Shown piece after piece: positions 30,971-32,000 of a stretch of 32,000 nucleotides of DNA (the first letter of the stretch is position 1; the number at the start of each line of letters is the position of its first letter). Where the stretch lies: contig MKSO01000001.1 of assembly GCA_001897305.1 (NCBI GenBank), positions 750,001 to 782,000 on the forward strand. Direction: 5' to 3'. The DNA is from Candidatus Saccharimonadota bacterium (GTDB lineage Bacteria; Patescibacteriota; Saccharimonadia; Saccharimonadales; Saccharimonadaceae). The notes under the pieces were generated by a model that was given only the letters and a program-made list of their open reading frames with translations, was not told the origin of the DNA and did no database searches. The position numbers were made by a program, and so were the translations under genes.

Positions 30971-32000
30971 AATGTCGGCAGATTGTATTCTCGTAGAAGC
31001 GCATCGTGCTGCGGGTTGGTCGGATCGGTTTTAGATTGCTGAAAAAAGGCAAAAACTTCAGCCGGCGATTTGTCGGTCTCATTAATAACGTCGATAATTT
31101 TCGTCTTGCCCATCAGGTAACCCGCATTGCGCCTCAGGATATGGCCGGGCGGCATACCTCTATATATTCTGTAGACATGGTCAAAACTAGACTGTCGCGC
31201 TTTTTGCATCTCTCGTGACACATCTGTATCTTTCCCCGTTTTTAAACCCTGCAAAGTCATAGTACTAGTAATAAAGTCGTATGTCTCTTGTTCTGTATGC
31301 TTCTTCCCGTCATAGATACCATCAGCATAGGCAACTGCCATATATCTAAATACGTCACGGCCAGGGACCTCTGTTTTTTGTACACCCTTCCATAATATTT
31401 CCGCTACCATACCGGTTCCTTCCTGAACATCTGCAATACCAGGTAAAGAGGAAGACCCAAGTGCACCCGCCTCGATGTCTCTTGGGTTCTGTGTTGAAGC
31501 CATATGAATTTCCACCTCGTGCATCATGAGCTCTTCAAAACGCGCCCATGTTATTTGTACACTTCGATTCCCTGATTCAAGTACGTTCTTTCCAGCATTA
31601 ACGAAAAACCCAGTTCTTCGCGGGTTAGGCTCGCAGGTCCAGCCTTTATCAGTGAACCCGCGCAACTCTAAATAACGATTTGCTACTTGCACTAGATTAT
31701 CGTTTGAAATTTCCCCAAACTCACTCCGTAACAAATAAAAAGTTGGCGCATATTTTTCGTGAAGAAATTCGCTAAATTCTTTCAGCTTCTCTTCTTTGAT
31801 TCTTGGAAGCTCGCCTTCTAAATCTTCCACCCAGGGATATTGCTCTAGATACTGATTGGCAAATTCAACCGCCCGTACATTCGTTGGCTCAATACCCGTC
31901 CTTACCACGGCGACGCAAGATGCCGCCAATTCTTTATCAAGCTGTCCATAGAGTACTTCTTGACCTCGATCAATTTCGTTTGAATATATCGCCTTATGTC
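30967..32000 (-). CDS. MATCAP/DUF1704-like (QEGLA-motif) putative metallocarboxypeptidase, copy A (5' end beyond the window)
   Basis: The reading frame stays open from 31929 to the window edge (...HKAIYSNEIDRGQEVLYGQLDKELAASC...), so the TTG at 31929 in the ORF track is not the start. HEVEIH is encoded at 31504-31521, followed by DVQEGTGMVAE. Confidence 0.65.
   Translation of the reverse strand, partial: HKAIYSNEIDRGQEVLYGQLDKELAASCVAVVRTGIEPTNVRAVEFANQYLEQYPWVEDLEGELPRIKEEKLKEFSEFLHEKYAPTFYLLRSEFGEISNDNLVQVANRYLELRGFTDKGWTCEPNPRRTGFFVNAGKNVLESGNRSVQITWARFEELMMHEVEIHMASTQNPRDIEAGALGSSSLPGIADVQEGTGMVAEILWKGVQKTEVPGRDVFRYMAVAYADGIYDGKKHTEQETYDFITSTMTLQGLKTGKDTDVSREMQKARQSSFDHVYRIYRGMPPGHILRRNAGYLMGKTKIIDVINETDKSPAEVFAFFQQSKTDPTNPQHDALLREYNLPTL

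Noticed and set aside
1-32000. An alternative genetic code (for example UGA recoding, as in some candidate phyla).
   Set aside because: TGA terminates well-supported genes (the integrase at 16202-16204, the membrane protein at 2475-2477, MATCAP-like copy A at 30967-30969). Long ORFs with intact family motifs are obtained under the standard code.

Overview
This is a bacterial chromosomal window that uses the standard genetic code (TAA, TAG and TGA all end long ORFs) and is almost fully coding. It falls into three zones. (1) 1-5.7 kb holds the 3' end of an oxidoreductase gene, an ITPase gene, and a 5-kb block of seven small membrane or secreted-protein genes. That block includes two paralogous membrane+secreted pairs, and every intergenic gap carries the same ~30-nt repeat in one orientation. 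(2) 5.7-16.2 kb is a ~10.5-kb integrative island bounded by a perfect 45-bp direct repeat derived from the 3' half of tRNA-Arg(UCU). It encodes a tyrosine integrase with a putative excisionase, TetR with a paired SMR efflux pump, a 753-aa membrane-anchored orphan, a UmuC-like Y-family polymerase operon facing an SRAP gene, and several orphans. (3) 16.2-32 kb looks GC-richer and core-like. It contains an ATP-grasp ligase, a NUDIX hydrolase, a type IV pilin with a C-terminal CBM-like domain, an EVE-domain protein, tRNA-Gly/His/Lys, a membrane-anchored double-AAA+ Clp/Hsp100 protein, MurT/GatD, ComEC, and a tightly coupled four-gene operon of two MATCAP/DUF1704-like metallopeptidases, an ATP-grasp ligase and RimK. 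Most promoters I could read place a -10 box 6-11 nt from the ATG, which implies leaderless mRNAs. The gene content suggests a small-genome Gram-positive-like lineage such as Saccharibacteria/Patescibacteria, but that is inference only. I saw no rRNA, CRISPR array, transposase or phage structural genes. All family assignments come from motif recognition by eye; no searches were run.
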